Assembly: GCA_965637545.1 (NCBI GenBank)
Contig: OZ281496.1
Span: 12,214,001 to 12,278,000 of the forward strand
Reading direction: 5' to 3'
Length of the DNA: 64,000 bases
Source: Phallusia mammillata
Taxonomy: Eukaryota
Shown: piece after piece, positions 1 through 9,677 of the stretch
How positions within the stretch are numbered: position 1 is the stretch's first letter
How the letters are laid out: each line of letters opens with the position of its first letter
The notes under the pieces: generated by a model
What the model was told of the DNA's origin: nothing
Database searches by the model: none
What the model saw: the letters and a program-made list of their open reading frames with translations, nothing else
Position numbers and translations under genes: made by a program

Positions 1-579
1 CAGTTACATGGGTGCTTTGAAATTTTAGTCTAAGCTGTGAGTCATTGTAAATTGCCATCTAAAGATTTTCATCTATTTGTTAGAGGTTATTCCAGGTATG
101 AAGTCACTGATGGAGGTTTCTCTTGTGTCAAGTCTCTGCCTGATGATGTTGATCATTCTCATTCTGACTGTTGTTATGGTGATGAAGAAGAAAGATGTGA
201 AGAAGAGTGTGATTTAGACAAAATGGAAAGAGGAAGGAAGAGTGGAAGAATGACAATGTAAAGACCTAAAAAACAAACTGATCATTATAGTTTATATTTA
301 CACAGAATGCATTTAATTTTCGTGTGGTTGTTTTAATACAAAAATAACCCACTTAAATTGACTGGTTGATAAAAGTTGTCTATGCGAGTGATATAAGGTT
401 ACAGTCACCTTTACTGCTATGATAATTAGAAATCAGTTATTTTACTATAAGAAAACACACCTGGAATAATCCTAATTATCAAAATTTTGAAGAAGTTTGG
501 GATGTTGTCATTGCTTTGTTTAAATGGGAAACAAAATTGGTTCTTGGGCAGTTAATTTAGTCATAGAAATCAAACTTAG

Positions 580-1274
580 TGTTACGGACAAATTCACAAT
601 ATTTAAATGTGATTTTTATGCTTTCTTTCCCAAGTGCAACCATGCGTTACGTCTATTCCCAAGTGCATTGTTCTTTGTTAGTTTTGGGCCAATCCTAACT
701 TTTATATGTGGTCATGTGACTAAAACGTGCTTGGACTTAGCCACACCTTGTTCTAAAAGTGCAGTTTGTATGTTTTAGTGCAGTAATCTGTTAGAATCGA
801 CTTAGTTTAAATGTTTGTGTGTTAACCAAATGTCAGCAAGTTTACAAGTATGTTAATGTATAGCCATGTGAAGTGTTTCTAGTAACTTTTCGTTTGTTAT
901 TGTTGTTTGAATGTTTAGACGATAAAGCCAACACCATAATGTCAAACACCTAGGTACTGTGAACTTCAGAAATCTCAACTGCTCAAGTGCTTAACTGTCT
1001 CAATTTCCTCTATTCTGTATAGTCTTGACATCCACTGTGGCGCAATTCAGCTGTTTTGGATCTTGGATACGAACTGTATTTGTTGTCATTCGTGCACTGT
1101 TCTTGCACCTTCATCGCCATAATATAACACTGAAAACCACAGTTTGTGCAGTCTAGAGGGCAGTTGTGAATTACTGACTCATTGTACCTGATGATGGTAC
1201 CAACGAAGGCATTAGCCTAGGTTTGCCTAAAGTGAGCTTAGGCCGTGACTAGTCCTAAAATTTTGGACGTCACA
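580..1274 (+). repeat. 5' LTR of the BEL/Pao element
   Basis: TGTTACGGAC...GGACGTCACA; matches 8390-9084 except T709 versus C8519 (compared by eye). Confidence 0.98.
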
Positions 1275-1358
1275 TCATTTCTGAAGAAGCCAGACCCCTT
1301 TCTATTAAGAAAAGGTGTCTGAAATCTGCTGTCTGGCATTAGTGGTGTTGCAAATACA

Positions 1359-4300
1359 ATGCCTGGATCAAATTCTAGCACATCCTCTCATGAGGATGTG
1401 GACGGAGTGCTTCAAGAAAAGTTGCATTTCTTGAAATCATCTCGGAGTGGGCATTTGGGTGCTGTTACCAAAGCCGAAAATATTGTTTGTAACTTAATGC
1501 TAGATGTTTCTAATATCAAGGAAGTACCAGCTGCAAAGGAAGCTTTTGATAGTTCACTGACAAAGTGCTTGGACTGTTGCAAGGAATACCATTCTGTGAT
1601 TCCAGATTCACTCTACTCTCAGAAACAAGAGGCAGTGGACAAGATCAAGTCCCTGGAGGAAAAAGGGGACAACATAAATTCTATGTATCAAACATTTCTA
1701 CAAAATGCTGCTGTGGAGTTGGGTTCTACTGGTGGGCATTCGAAAAGCTCACATCACTCAACTGGGTCAAGATTGTCCTCTAAATCCAGTTCACATCGTT
1801 CTAGTAGAACAAGCTCAAGATCTTCACACCACTCACACTATTCCAAGGCTCCTAGTTTGAAATCATTCCGCTCTTCTTCTTCAATATCAAGCAGAAGCAC
1901 TACATACTCAATGAGGGAGGTGCGGCGTGCTCAGCTAGAAAACAAGCTGACAGAGTCAGAGGCACAATTAACTCTCCAAGCATCAGCTGATGCTGTTAAT
2001 GATGCACTGATGAAAGCTGAGGAGATAAAACGTAAGGCCAGAGAAGACGAGGATGCCTTAAAGATGATGCTTGAAGATGAAAAGGAAGAAAATGCCCAGC
2101 GAAGAAGGGCAGAAGAAGAGGCCATAGCCAAAAGAAGAGCAGAAGAAGAGGCAAATGCCATGCGTAAAAGGGCAGACGAAGAGGCAAATGCCATGCGTAA
2201 AAGGGCAGAAGAAGAGGCCATAGCCAAAAGAAGAAGAGAAGAAGCTGATGCAGAGAAAAGGGCGATTAGAAGAAAAATGGAACAGGCTGCAGCTCGACGG
2301 AAAAGAGAAGAGGAAAGGGCTGAAGCAATTTTAGCCAAGGCAAAAATGGAACATCGACAAAAATCTTACAATGCACAGTTGAAAGTGCAGCGCAAGAGGC
2401 ATGAGGTTGACCTGGTTGTACTTGAGGCTGAACCAGTGGGATCCTGTGATTCTCGTCATGAATACAGGTTGGATATGCCCCCACTAAATCAGATAGATGA
2501 CGCCACGGTGGGAAGCTCTGCTTGTCTACAGCAGTCTGCCCATGACCTAGCTCCGATGGACTGTCCAATGCCTGGTGAAATGCATACCATTTCTGGTTTC
2601 ACCCCTCTAGCCACAGCAAAGCTGCCACAGCCTGAATATCCTGTCGCTCATCCAGCAGAACAGCTAAATGTTTCTGCCGATCCATACTTGCCTGTATGTA
2701 CACAGACAGACATAAAGCAGGAGACTCACAGTCCTTCTATGGGGCCGGTCTCCAAGTACAAACCTCAGCCAGATGAGAGCTTCACCAAAGATGACTTTCA
2801 CTATGGAAAGGCCATGGTGGACTTGGTGGAGAGTACGAAAACCATGCTGCATGGCTTTACACTGCCCAAAAGGGGGCTCCCAAAGTTCTATGGGAATCCA
2901 ATGAATTACCACAACTTTATGAAGAAATTTGATGAGATGATCACAAGGCATTTTCCTGATCCTGCTGTACAACTTCAGTACCTTGTAGACATGTGTGAAG
3001 ACAAAGCCTATGATGTTGTCCATGGATGTTGTGCCACGAGCCCACCTGAATTGGGTCTTGCTACTGCTCGGGAGTTGCTGAGAGATAACTTCGGGCGCAT
3101 GGACTTGGTGGTAAATGCACATGTCAAAGAGTTGACCAAGGGTCCACCAATTAGGACTGGGGACAATGAAGGTCTTCGTTCTCTTGCTACAAGTATGACA
3201 AATGCTTTAATGGTTTTTCGATCTTTGGGTTGTGAGTCACAGTTGGACTATTCCCAATTCCTAGTGGACATATTTCAGCGACTACCCAAGCACATGCAAA
3301 ATACATTTGTCACAGAGGCCAGTTCACTCTACCGAAGGAATGGGAATGTGACATTCAGCAATCTGACATCGTACCTCAACCAGAAGGTGATGGATTCCAA
3401 CAACATGTTTGCGGATGCATTGACAACAGTTAAGGAAAGGGATCCAAAGAAGGACAAGCCCCAGAAGAAGAAAGAACATGCTGTGTTCTCTGCACAAACT
3501 ACTTTGGGCTCCACATCATGTGAACATGTTGACAAACCTAAACCTCCAGATCAAACAAGGAAGAAGAAGCCACAACCATGTGTGGTTTGTAACAAACCTC
3601 ATCCATTATGGGTATGTGATGAGTTCCAGAAAAAGAAACAGTTTGACCGTTGGACAACAGTCAAGAATAACAACTTATGCTTCAACTGCTTTTCACCAGA
3701 CCACATGGCAAATGAGTGTGTCTGCTCCAGAAAGTGCAAGTCTTGTGAAAAACCACATCATACTCTACTTCATCGTGATGAACAGCGAAATATAGAAAAA
3801 ACATCCACATCGACTGAGGAAAAGAAGAATGCTGAAAGTCCCAAGGAAAGCTCAACGACATATGTAGCCACTGTTACTACACCCCCTGCAGGAAGGGACA
3901 GGGTTAGACTCAAGGTGGTGCCAGTACATGTGTGGGGAAGGGATCTGAATCGTGTAGTGGAGACATATGCATTTCTGGATGAGGGATCTGACACTACATT
4001 CTGCACGTCAAATCTGAAACAGAGACTCAAGCTTGAAGGAAAACAAGTTTCCAGAAGACTTAATGGCATAAGTGGCAGTAAGGATCTGCAGGGATACGAG
4101 GTCGGACTGTCCCTACAGGGGATTCAAGAAACAGATTCAATCCGTATTGAGAATCTACTGACGGTGGATGCTCTACCAACACTGAAGAACAGTATACCTA
4201 CAATGGAAGATGTAAAGCATTATTCTCATCTGAGGGGATTGGACTTTCCAAAGTTACCTGATGCAGAAGTGGATATTCTCATTGGGGCCGGTACGCAGGA

Positions 4301-7300
4301 AGCCCATTCTATCAGGGAAGTGCGAACCGGGAAGCCAAGACAGCCAACAGCTATTCACACTGGACTTGGGTGGACCTTAGTTGGCACTGATGCATCAGAG
4401 GACAGTTGCAATGTTAACTTCGCCACAATTGGCAATAATGAACTACATGACATGTTCCAGAAGATGTATAATCATGACTTTATGGATGACAAGTGTTCAA
4501 ATGATGTCTCTCTATCTATGGAGGACAAAAGGGCACTCGCCATGATGAATTCGACTGTGCAAAGGAAAGGCAAGCATTATCAGCTTGCGCTACCATGGAA
4601 GAATAAAAATGTAAAGCTACCTTATAACCGTGGAACAGCCGAGAAACGCCTTCTTGGTTTAAAGAGACGATTAAAGACAGATCAGTCACTGTTCCAGAAG
4701 TACAGTGAAAAGATTAATGACTCGCTGAAGAATGGTCATGCCAGGAAAGTACCAGATGGAAAGGATCCACACCCGGGAAAGACTTGGTACATTCCACATC
4801 ACTGCTGCACTGGTGGAAAGTTTCGGGTTGTGTTTGACTGCGCTGCCAAGTATGCAGACACATCCCTCAATGAAAATCTCTTACAAGGACCTGATTTGAC
4901 CAACAACCTTGTTGGTGTTCTTCTTCGTTTTCGCCAGGAGAAGATTGCATTGATGGTTGACATTAAAGGAATGTTCCATCAGGTTTTTGTGGACCCAGAT
5001 GACTGTGATGCTCTGAGGTTTTTGTGGTGGCCAAATGATGACTTGTCCAAGCCACCTGAGGATTACCAGATGCTGGTGCATCTTTTTGGGGCAACTTCTT
5101 CTCCAAGTTGTGCCAGCTTTGCATTGAGAAAGGTTGCTGAGGATAATGAGAGCAATGCAACAAAGGAAACAACGGATACTGTCCTGCGGAATTTTTATGT
5201 AGATGATTGCCTGAAGTCGGTCAAGACTTTAGAGGAAGGTTCCCAGCTAGTCAAGGAACTGGATGAGCTACTTAAGTGTGGAGGATTTCACCTTACCAAG
5301 TACCTGAGTAACAGCAAAGAACTGTTAATGTCTATTAATGAAGATAACCTTGCTCCATCAGTGAAAGACATGGACTTGGATGGATTGCCAATCGAGAGAG
5401 CTTTGGGAGTGTACTTGAACACTGGTACGGACTGCTTCGAGGTCAAAGTGAAGTTGAAACCAAAGCCCTGCACAAGACGTGGAATTCTGTCAACAATAAG
5501 TCAGTTGTTTGACCCCATGGGGTTTGTGCAACCCTTTATCTTGCCAATCAAAAAGCTTATGCAAGAATTATGCAAAAGAAACATAGGATGGGATGAAGCT
5601 ATTCCCACCGAGTTTGAGGTGGCCTGGAAAAAGTGGCTGGGCAATTTATCACTGCTGGAATCAATTACTATTCCTAGATGCTTTAAAACAATGGACTACA
5701 TAAGTGCTGAGCTCCATTGCTTTTGTGATGCAAGCGAAACTGGTTATGGAGCTGTTTGCTACCTTCGCCTGGTAACTGGTGGTTCCTACCACTGCTCATT
5801 TGTGATGGGAAAGTCCAGAGTTTCCCCTTCAAAGGCAGTTACCATTCCCCGGCTTGAACTCACTGCAGCAGTGGTTGGTGTTAAACTAGCGCAGTTTGTG
5901 ATTCGTGAGTTGGATCTTGAGTTGGAAAAGGTTGTGTACTGGACAGACTCCACTTCTGTGCTTCAGTACATCAGAAATACATCACGCCGCTTTCCGACGT
6001 TTGTTGCCAATAGGCTGGCTGTGATTCAAGCAGCCACAGAACCAGAACAGTGGAGACATGTGGATACAAAGCAAAATCCTGCAGACATTGCATCTAGGGG
6101 TTTTTATCCTGACCAGGTGGACAAGGCAAAGGCATGGTTATCCGGTCCATCATTTTTGTGGAAAGAAGAAAGTTGCTGGCCAGAACAGCCAGCTGTGTTA
6201 CAATTGCCAGAAGACCATGAAGATGTTGAAGCCAACACAATTGTAGTAGAAATTGTGCAAAATGGTTTGGACAACTTGCTAGACAGATACTCTTCATACA
6301 ATGCTGTACTCAAGGCCACTGGTTGGTTGTTGCGGTTCAAGCAGTACATGATGTGTAAGTTTTCAGAGAAATTACGCAAACCTGCACCCAAGGCAGGTCT
6401 GCTGACGGCAGAGGAAATGGAAACAGCTGTCCATCAAGTGGTGAAGCTGGTTCAGCATCAAGCATTCGGATCTATGTCATCGGATCTTAAGGAATACCAG
6501 AGCTTTTCCCACTACTTGGAATCTCAGCATTCGAATGGATTACATATTCGAAACCGGGCTCTTGGTAGACTTAGCCCTATGAAAATAAATGGCACTATGA
6601 GAGTGGGAGGTCGCCTACAACATGCAACTCTGCCAGAGGACATGAAGCACCCTATGATCTTGCCTAGTCGTCACCATGTTACTGGGCTGATTATACATCA
6701 TTACCATCAGCGAGAAGGACATAGTGGAACTCAACACGTTCTAGCAGCCACCCGTGAGAGGTACTGGATTCTCAAAGGCCAATCATCTGTTCGTCACTAC
6801 TTGAAGGACTGCAGAAAATGTCGTTTTTGGAAAGCACAAGCTGGTAGGCAGTTGATGGCACCCTTGCCGGTTTGTCGTGTTGAGTCTGGACAGTTACCCT
6901 TTACTCATGCAGGGGTTGACTACTTTGGCCCTCTAATGGTAAAAATTGGACGCAGTCATGTGAAACGATATGGCTGCATTTTTACTTGTATGGCTACAAG
7001 GGCTGTACATTTAGAGCTAGCTGGCTCACTGGACACTAGTTCATTCATACAGGCACTTCGTAGATTTGTGCTGAGAAGAGGATCTACCACTAAACACATA
7101 TATAGTGACAATGGAACCAACTTCATTGGAGCTGACAGAGAACTCCGCGAAGGGATTAAAGCATGGAATCAACAACAGATACATACAGAGCTACTACAAA
7201 AGGGAATTGAATGGCATTTCAATCCCCCAGCTGCCAGCCACCAAGGTGGTGTATGGGAGAGAATGATTCGCTCTGTGCGAAAAATTTTGCAGTCACTGAC

Positions 7301-7790
7301 TGGAGACAAGATATTGTCTGAGGAATCTTTGAACACCTTCCTGATAGAAGTGGAATCGATCTTAAACAACAGACCACTGACACCTGTCAGTGATGATCCA
7401 AAGGATGGGTCTGCTTTGAAGCCCATTACTTTGTTAGCTGGTGGAATTGAAGCTACATTGCCACCTGGAGAATTCATCAAAGCAGATGGCTACAAGAAAT
7501 CCTGGCGCGCAGTCCAATGGTTGAGCGACCAGTTTTGGAAGCGCTGGGTGAAGGACTATTTGCCACTTCTGCAAAAACGCCAGAAGTGGTTGCAACCTGA
7601 GAAGAACTTTGAAGTTGGAGATGTTGTGTTGGTAATGGATGCCAATACAAAACGAGGAGTATGGCCCAAAGGACTGGTCGAGGAGGTCTTTCCAGATCAT
7701 GACGGGATGGTGCGGAGAGTTCGAGTCAAAACTTATGACTCAACTTTGATGAGGGACATCCGAAAGCTGTGTTTACTTGAATGTGGCTAA
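1359..7790 (+). CDS. BEL/Pao Gag-Pol polyprotein, 2143 aa, uninterrupted
   Basis: Zn knuckles CVVCNKPHPLWVC, CFNCFSPDHMANEC and CKSCEKPHHTLLH; protease FLDEGSD; RT DIKGMF...YVDDCL; RNase H FCDAS/PRLEL/TDS; integrase HHCC plus GVDYFGP, SDNGTNF and WERMIR; C-terminal LQKRQKW...LCLLE typical of BEL/Pao. Confidence 0.97.
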   Translation: MPGSNSSTSSHEDVDGVLQEKLHFLKSSRSGHLGAVTKAENIVCNLMLDVSNIKEVPAAKEAFDSSLTKCLDCCKEYHSVIPDSLYSQKQEAVDKIKSLEEKGDNINSMYQTFLQNAAVELGSTGGHSKSSHHSTGSRLSSKSSSHRSSRTSSRSSHHSHYSKAPSLKSFRSSSSISSRSTTYSMREVRRAQLENKLTESEAQLTLQASADAVNDALMKAEEIKRKAREDEDALKMMLEDEKEENAQRRRAEEEAIAKRRAEEEANAMRKRADEEANAMRKRAEEEAIAKRRREEADAEKRAIRRKMEQAAARRKREEERAEAILAKAKMEHRQKSYNAQLKVQRKRHEVDLVVLEAEPVGSCDSRHEYRLDMPPLNQIDDATVGSSACLQQSAHDLAPMDCPMPGEMHTISGFTPLATAKLPQPEYPVAHPAEQLNVSADPYLPVCTQTDIKQETHSPSMGPVSKYKPQPDESFTKDDFHYGKAMVDLVESTKTMLHGFTLPKRGLPKFYGNPMNYHNFMKKFDEMITRHFPDPAVQLQYLVDMCEDKAYDVVHGCCATSPPELGLATARELLRDNFGRMDLVVNAHVKELTKGPPIRTGDNEGLRSLATSMTNALMVFRSLGCESQLDYSQFLVDIFQRLPKHMQNTFVTEASSLYRRNGNVTFSNLTSYLNQKVMDSNNMFADALTTVKERDPKKDKPQKKKEHAVFSAQTTLGSTSCEHVDKPKPPDQTRKKKPQPCVVCNKPHPLWVCDEFQKKKQFDRWTTVKNNNLCFNCFSPDHMANECVCSRKCKSCEKPHHTLLHRDEQRNIEKTSTSTEEKKNAESPKESSTTYVATVTTPPAGRDRVRLKVVPVHVWGRDLNRVVETYAFLDEGSDTTFCTSNLKQRLKLEGKQVSRRLNGISGSKDLQGYEVGLSLQGIQETDSIRIENLLTVDALPTLKNSIPTMEDVKHYSHLRGLDFPKLPDAEVDILIGAGTQEAHSIREVRTGKPRQPTAIHTGLGWTLVGTDASEDSCNVNFATIGNNELHDMFQKMYNHDFMDDKCSNDVSLSMEDKRALAMMNSTVQRKGKHYQLALPWKNKNVKLPYNRGTAEKRLLGLKRRLKTDQSLFQKYSEKINDSLKNGHARKVPDGKDPHPGKTWYIPHHCCTGGKFRVVFDCAAKYADTSLNENLLQGPDLTNNLVGVLLRFRQEKIALMVDIKGMFHQVFVDPDDCDALRFLWWPNDDLSKPPEDYQMLVHLFGATSSPSCASFALRKVAEDNESNATKETTDTVLRNFYVDDCLKSVKTLEEGSQLVKELDELLKCGGFHLTKYLSNSKELLMSINEDNLAPSVKDMDLDGLPIERALGVYLNTGTDCFEVKVKLKPKPCTRRGILSTISQLFDPMGFVQPFILPIKKLMQELCKRNIGWDEAIPTEFEVAWKKWLGNLSLLESITIPRCFKTMDYISAELHCFCDASETGYGAVCYLRLVTGGSYHCSFVMGKSRVSPSKAVTIPRLELTAAVVGVKLAQFVIRELDLELEKVVYWTDSTSVLQYIRNTSRRFPTFVANRLAVIQAATEPEQWRHVDTKQNPADIASRGFYPDQVDKAKAWLSGPSFLWKEESCWPEQPAVLQLPEDHEDVEANTIVVEIVQNGLDNLLDRYSSYNAVLKATGWLLRFKQYMMCKFSEKLRKPAPKAGLLTAEEMETAVHQVVKLVQHQAFGSMSSDLKEYQSFSHYLESQHSNGLHIRNRALGRLSPMKINGTMRVGGRLQHATLPEDMKHPMILPSRHHVTGLIIHHYHQREGHSGTQHVLAATRERYWILKGQSSVRHYLKDCRKCRFWKAQAGRQLMAPLPVCRVESGQLPFTHAGVDYFGPLMVKIGRSHVKRYGCIFTCMATRAVHLELAGSLDTSSFIQALRRFVLRRGSTTKHIYSDNGTNFIGADRELREGIKAWNQQQIHTELLQKGIEWHFNPPAASHQGGVWERMIRSVRKILQSLTGDKILSEESLNTFLIEVESILNNRPLTPVSDDPKDGSALKPITLLAGGIEATLPPGEFIKADGYKKSWRAVQWLSDQFWKRWVKDYLPLLQKRQKWLQPEKNFEVGDVVLVMDANTKRGVWPKGLVEEVFPDHDGMVRRVRVKTYDSTLMRDIRKLCLLECG

Positions 7791-8389
7791 ATTTCTACTT
7801 TCTGTGCATGCTCTTTCATATTTGTAACCTTTTCATTCTTCATTACACCAACATATATGCCTCTTCACATGTCATTCTTGCTAAGTCTGTACTACCTATA
7901 TGTCTTTCATCTTGCCTTATAGCCTTATCATGCATGTTAGTGTTGTGTAGTGTGTTCTTCATAAATTGTAAACATTCCGAATACCTCTTCAACTAAACAT
8001 TGTAATGTCTGTACTGATAACAACCAAGTATTGTGAAAATGTTTTGTTTTCTAAGCCTTTCTGTGTTTTTTACCTTGCCAAAATCTGTCATTGTTTTTTA
8101 CCTCCTAGAACAATATTTGGTGCAAAATTTGTAGTTAATTGTGAAGCATTTGAAACTGTGCATTTGATACCATTCTTGTCAGTATGTAACATATTCACTC
8201 AGTCATAGTTGTGTCTTTGTTTTGTTTTTAAGCCCAGGATGGAAATGTTTGTGTGGGTACTTTGGTTTGGGTCAGTTACCAAATTTGTAATCACAGCTCT
8301 CTCTGTGACCAACCTTCCTGTGCCTTGTTCTTTGTCCGTTTTTGTTTTGAAAAATGTTTCCATGCTGTCTGACATTTTTGGGGCCGGAA

Positions 8390-9084
8390 TGTTACGGACA
8401 AATTCACAATATTTAAATGTGATTTTTATGCTTTCTTTCCCAAGTGCAACCATGCGTTACGTCTATTCCCAAGTGCATTGTTCTTTGTTAGTTTTGGGCC
8501 AATCCTAACTTTTATATGCGGTCATGTGACTAAAACGTGCTTGGACTTAGCCACACCTTGTTCTAAAAGTGCAGTTTGTATGTTTTAGTGCAGTAATCTG
8601 TTAGAATCGACTTAGTTTAAATGTTTGTGTGTTAACCAAATGTCAGCAAGTTTACAAGTATGTTAATGTATAGCCATGTGAAGTGTTTCTAGTAACTTTT
8701 CGTTTGTTATTGTTGTTTGAATGTTTAGACGATAAAGCCAACACCATAATGTCAAACACCTAGGTACTGTGAACTTCAGAAATCTCAACTGCTCAAGTGC
8801 TTAACTGTCTCAATTTCCTCTATTCTGTATAGTCTTGACATCCACTGTGGCGCAATTCAGCTGTTTTGGATCTTGGATACGAACTGTATTTGTTGTCATT
8901 CGTGCACTGTTCTTGCACCTTCATCGCCATAATATAACACTGAAAACCACAGTTTGTGCAGTCTAGAGGGCAGTTGTGAATTACTGACTCATTGTACCTG
9001 ATGATGGTACCAACGAAGGCATTAGCCTAGGTTTGCCTAAAGTGAGCTTAGGCCGTGACTAGTCCTAAAATTTTGGACGTCACA
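8390..9084 (+). repeat. 3' LTR of the BEL/Pao element
   Basis: Direct repeat of 580-1274, preceded by the PPT and followed by the TSD CTTAG. Confidence 0.98.
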
Positions 9085-9124
9085 CTTAGTCTAAGAATGT
9101 TTTAAAAAATTGGCGCAGTATATC

Positions 9125-9332
9125 GGTAGAACTAGTAACACTGAACTTTGGCTGGGCCCGGGTTGGTAGGTGGCGAAACGGAGCATAGGCGTTTATGGTG
9201 CTGACTCAGCAATCATGCTTACCATAAACCCAAATTGCTGAATCAGCACCATAAACGCCTATGCTCCGTTGCGCCACCAACCAGAAATTCTCACACCGGG
9301 CCCCAGACAAGCTCAGTGTTAGTAGCTCTACC
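9125..9332. repeat. About 208-bp foldback (MITE-like inverted repeat)
   Basis: AACGGAGCATAGGCGTTTATGGTGCTGACTCAGCAAT pairs with ATTGCTGAATCAGCACCATAAACGCCTATGCTCCGTT; outer arms GGTAGAACTAGTAACACTGA and TCAGTGTTAGTAGCTCTACC pair imperfectly; no TSD found. Confidence 0.85.
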
Positions 9333-9677
9333 CACTAGTTCACCCACAACTTTAAAGTGGTAGTTTTTAGAAAGAAAATTGAATCGTTTATAGCAGTGTC
9401 AGTTGAAACTAATTCTGTTACAGTTGTTTATTGTGTACATTTGACCGCAGATACCGAAAACAGAAAAAAAACTATACATTCTTTAAAGCCCTTGAAACAT
9501 TTTAGGGAAGAACTACAGAGCTTTTGTCAGTTTGTCATCTTGATTTTTTTAATTTGGAATTATGTTTTTATTAAGTTTATACATAAATAACTTGCAACAA
9601 AAAAGCTTTGGCCTTAAAGTACTTACACTGGACAATTTGACTCGAAGTAAAATGTCTTTAAAAACATTAATGTTAAG

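Larger units (their letters stand above)
580..9084 (+). mobile_element. Full-length BEL/Pao LTR retrotransposon, very recent insertion
   Basis: Two 695-bp direct repeats with TG...CA ends (580-1274, 8390-9084); 5-bp TSD CTTAG at 575-579 and 9085-9089; single Gag-Pol ORF; polypurine-tract-like GGGGCCGGAA at 8380-8389. Confidence 0.98.

Noticed and set aside
1186-1212. CTGATGA in the LTR as a hammerhead core
   Set aside because: It is followed by GAAG rather than GAAA, with no stem III or NUH triplet; better explained by the GTACC/GGTAC hairpin.
1281-1326. CTGAAGA...hairpin...GAAA in the leader as a hammerhead
   Set aside because: Four unpaired bases separate the core from the stem, and no stem I or III can be formed.
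1931-2338. Antisense Ser/Ala/Leu-rich ORFs inside Gag
   Set aside because: Shadow frames of the low-complexity charged repeat.
7791-8389. env gene in the BEL 3' region
   Set aside because: Only short T-rich ORFs under 100 aa, with no signal peptide, fusion or ectodomain pattern.
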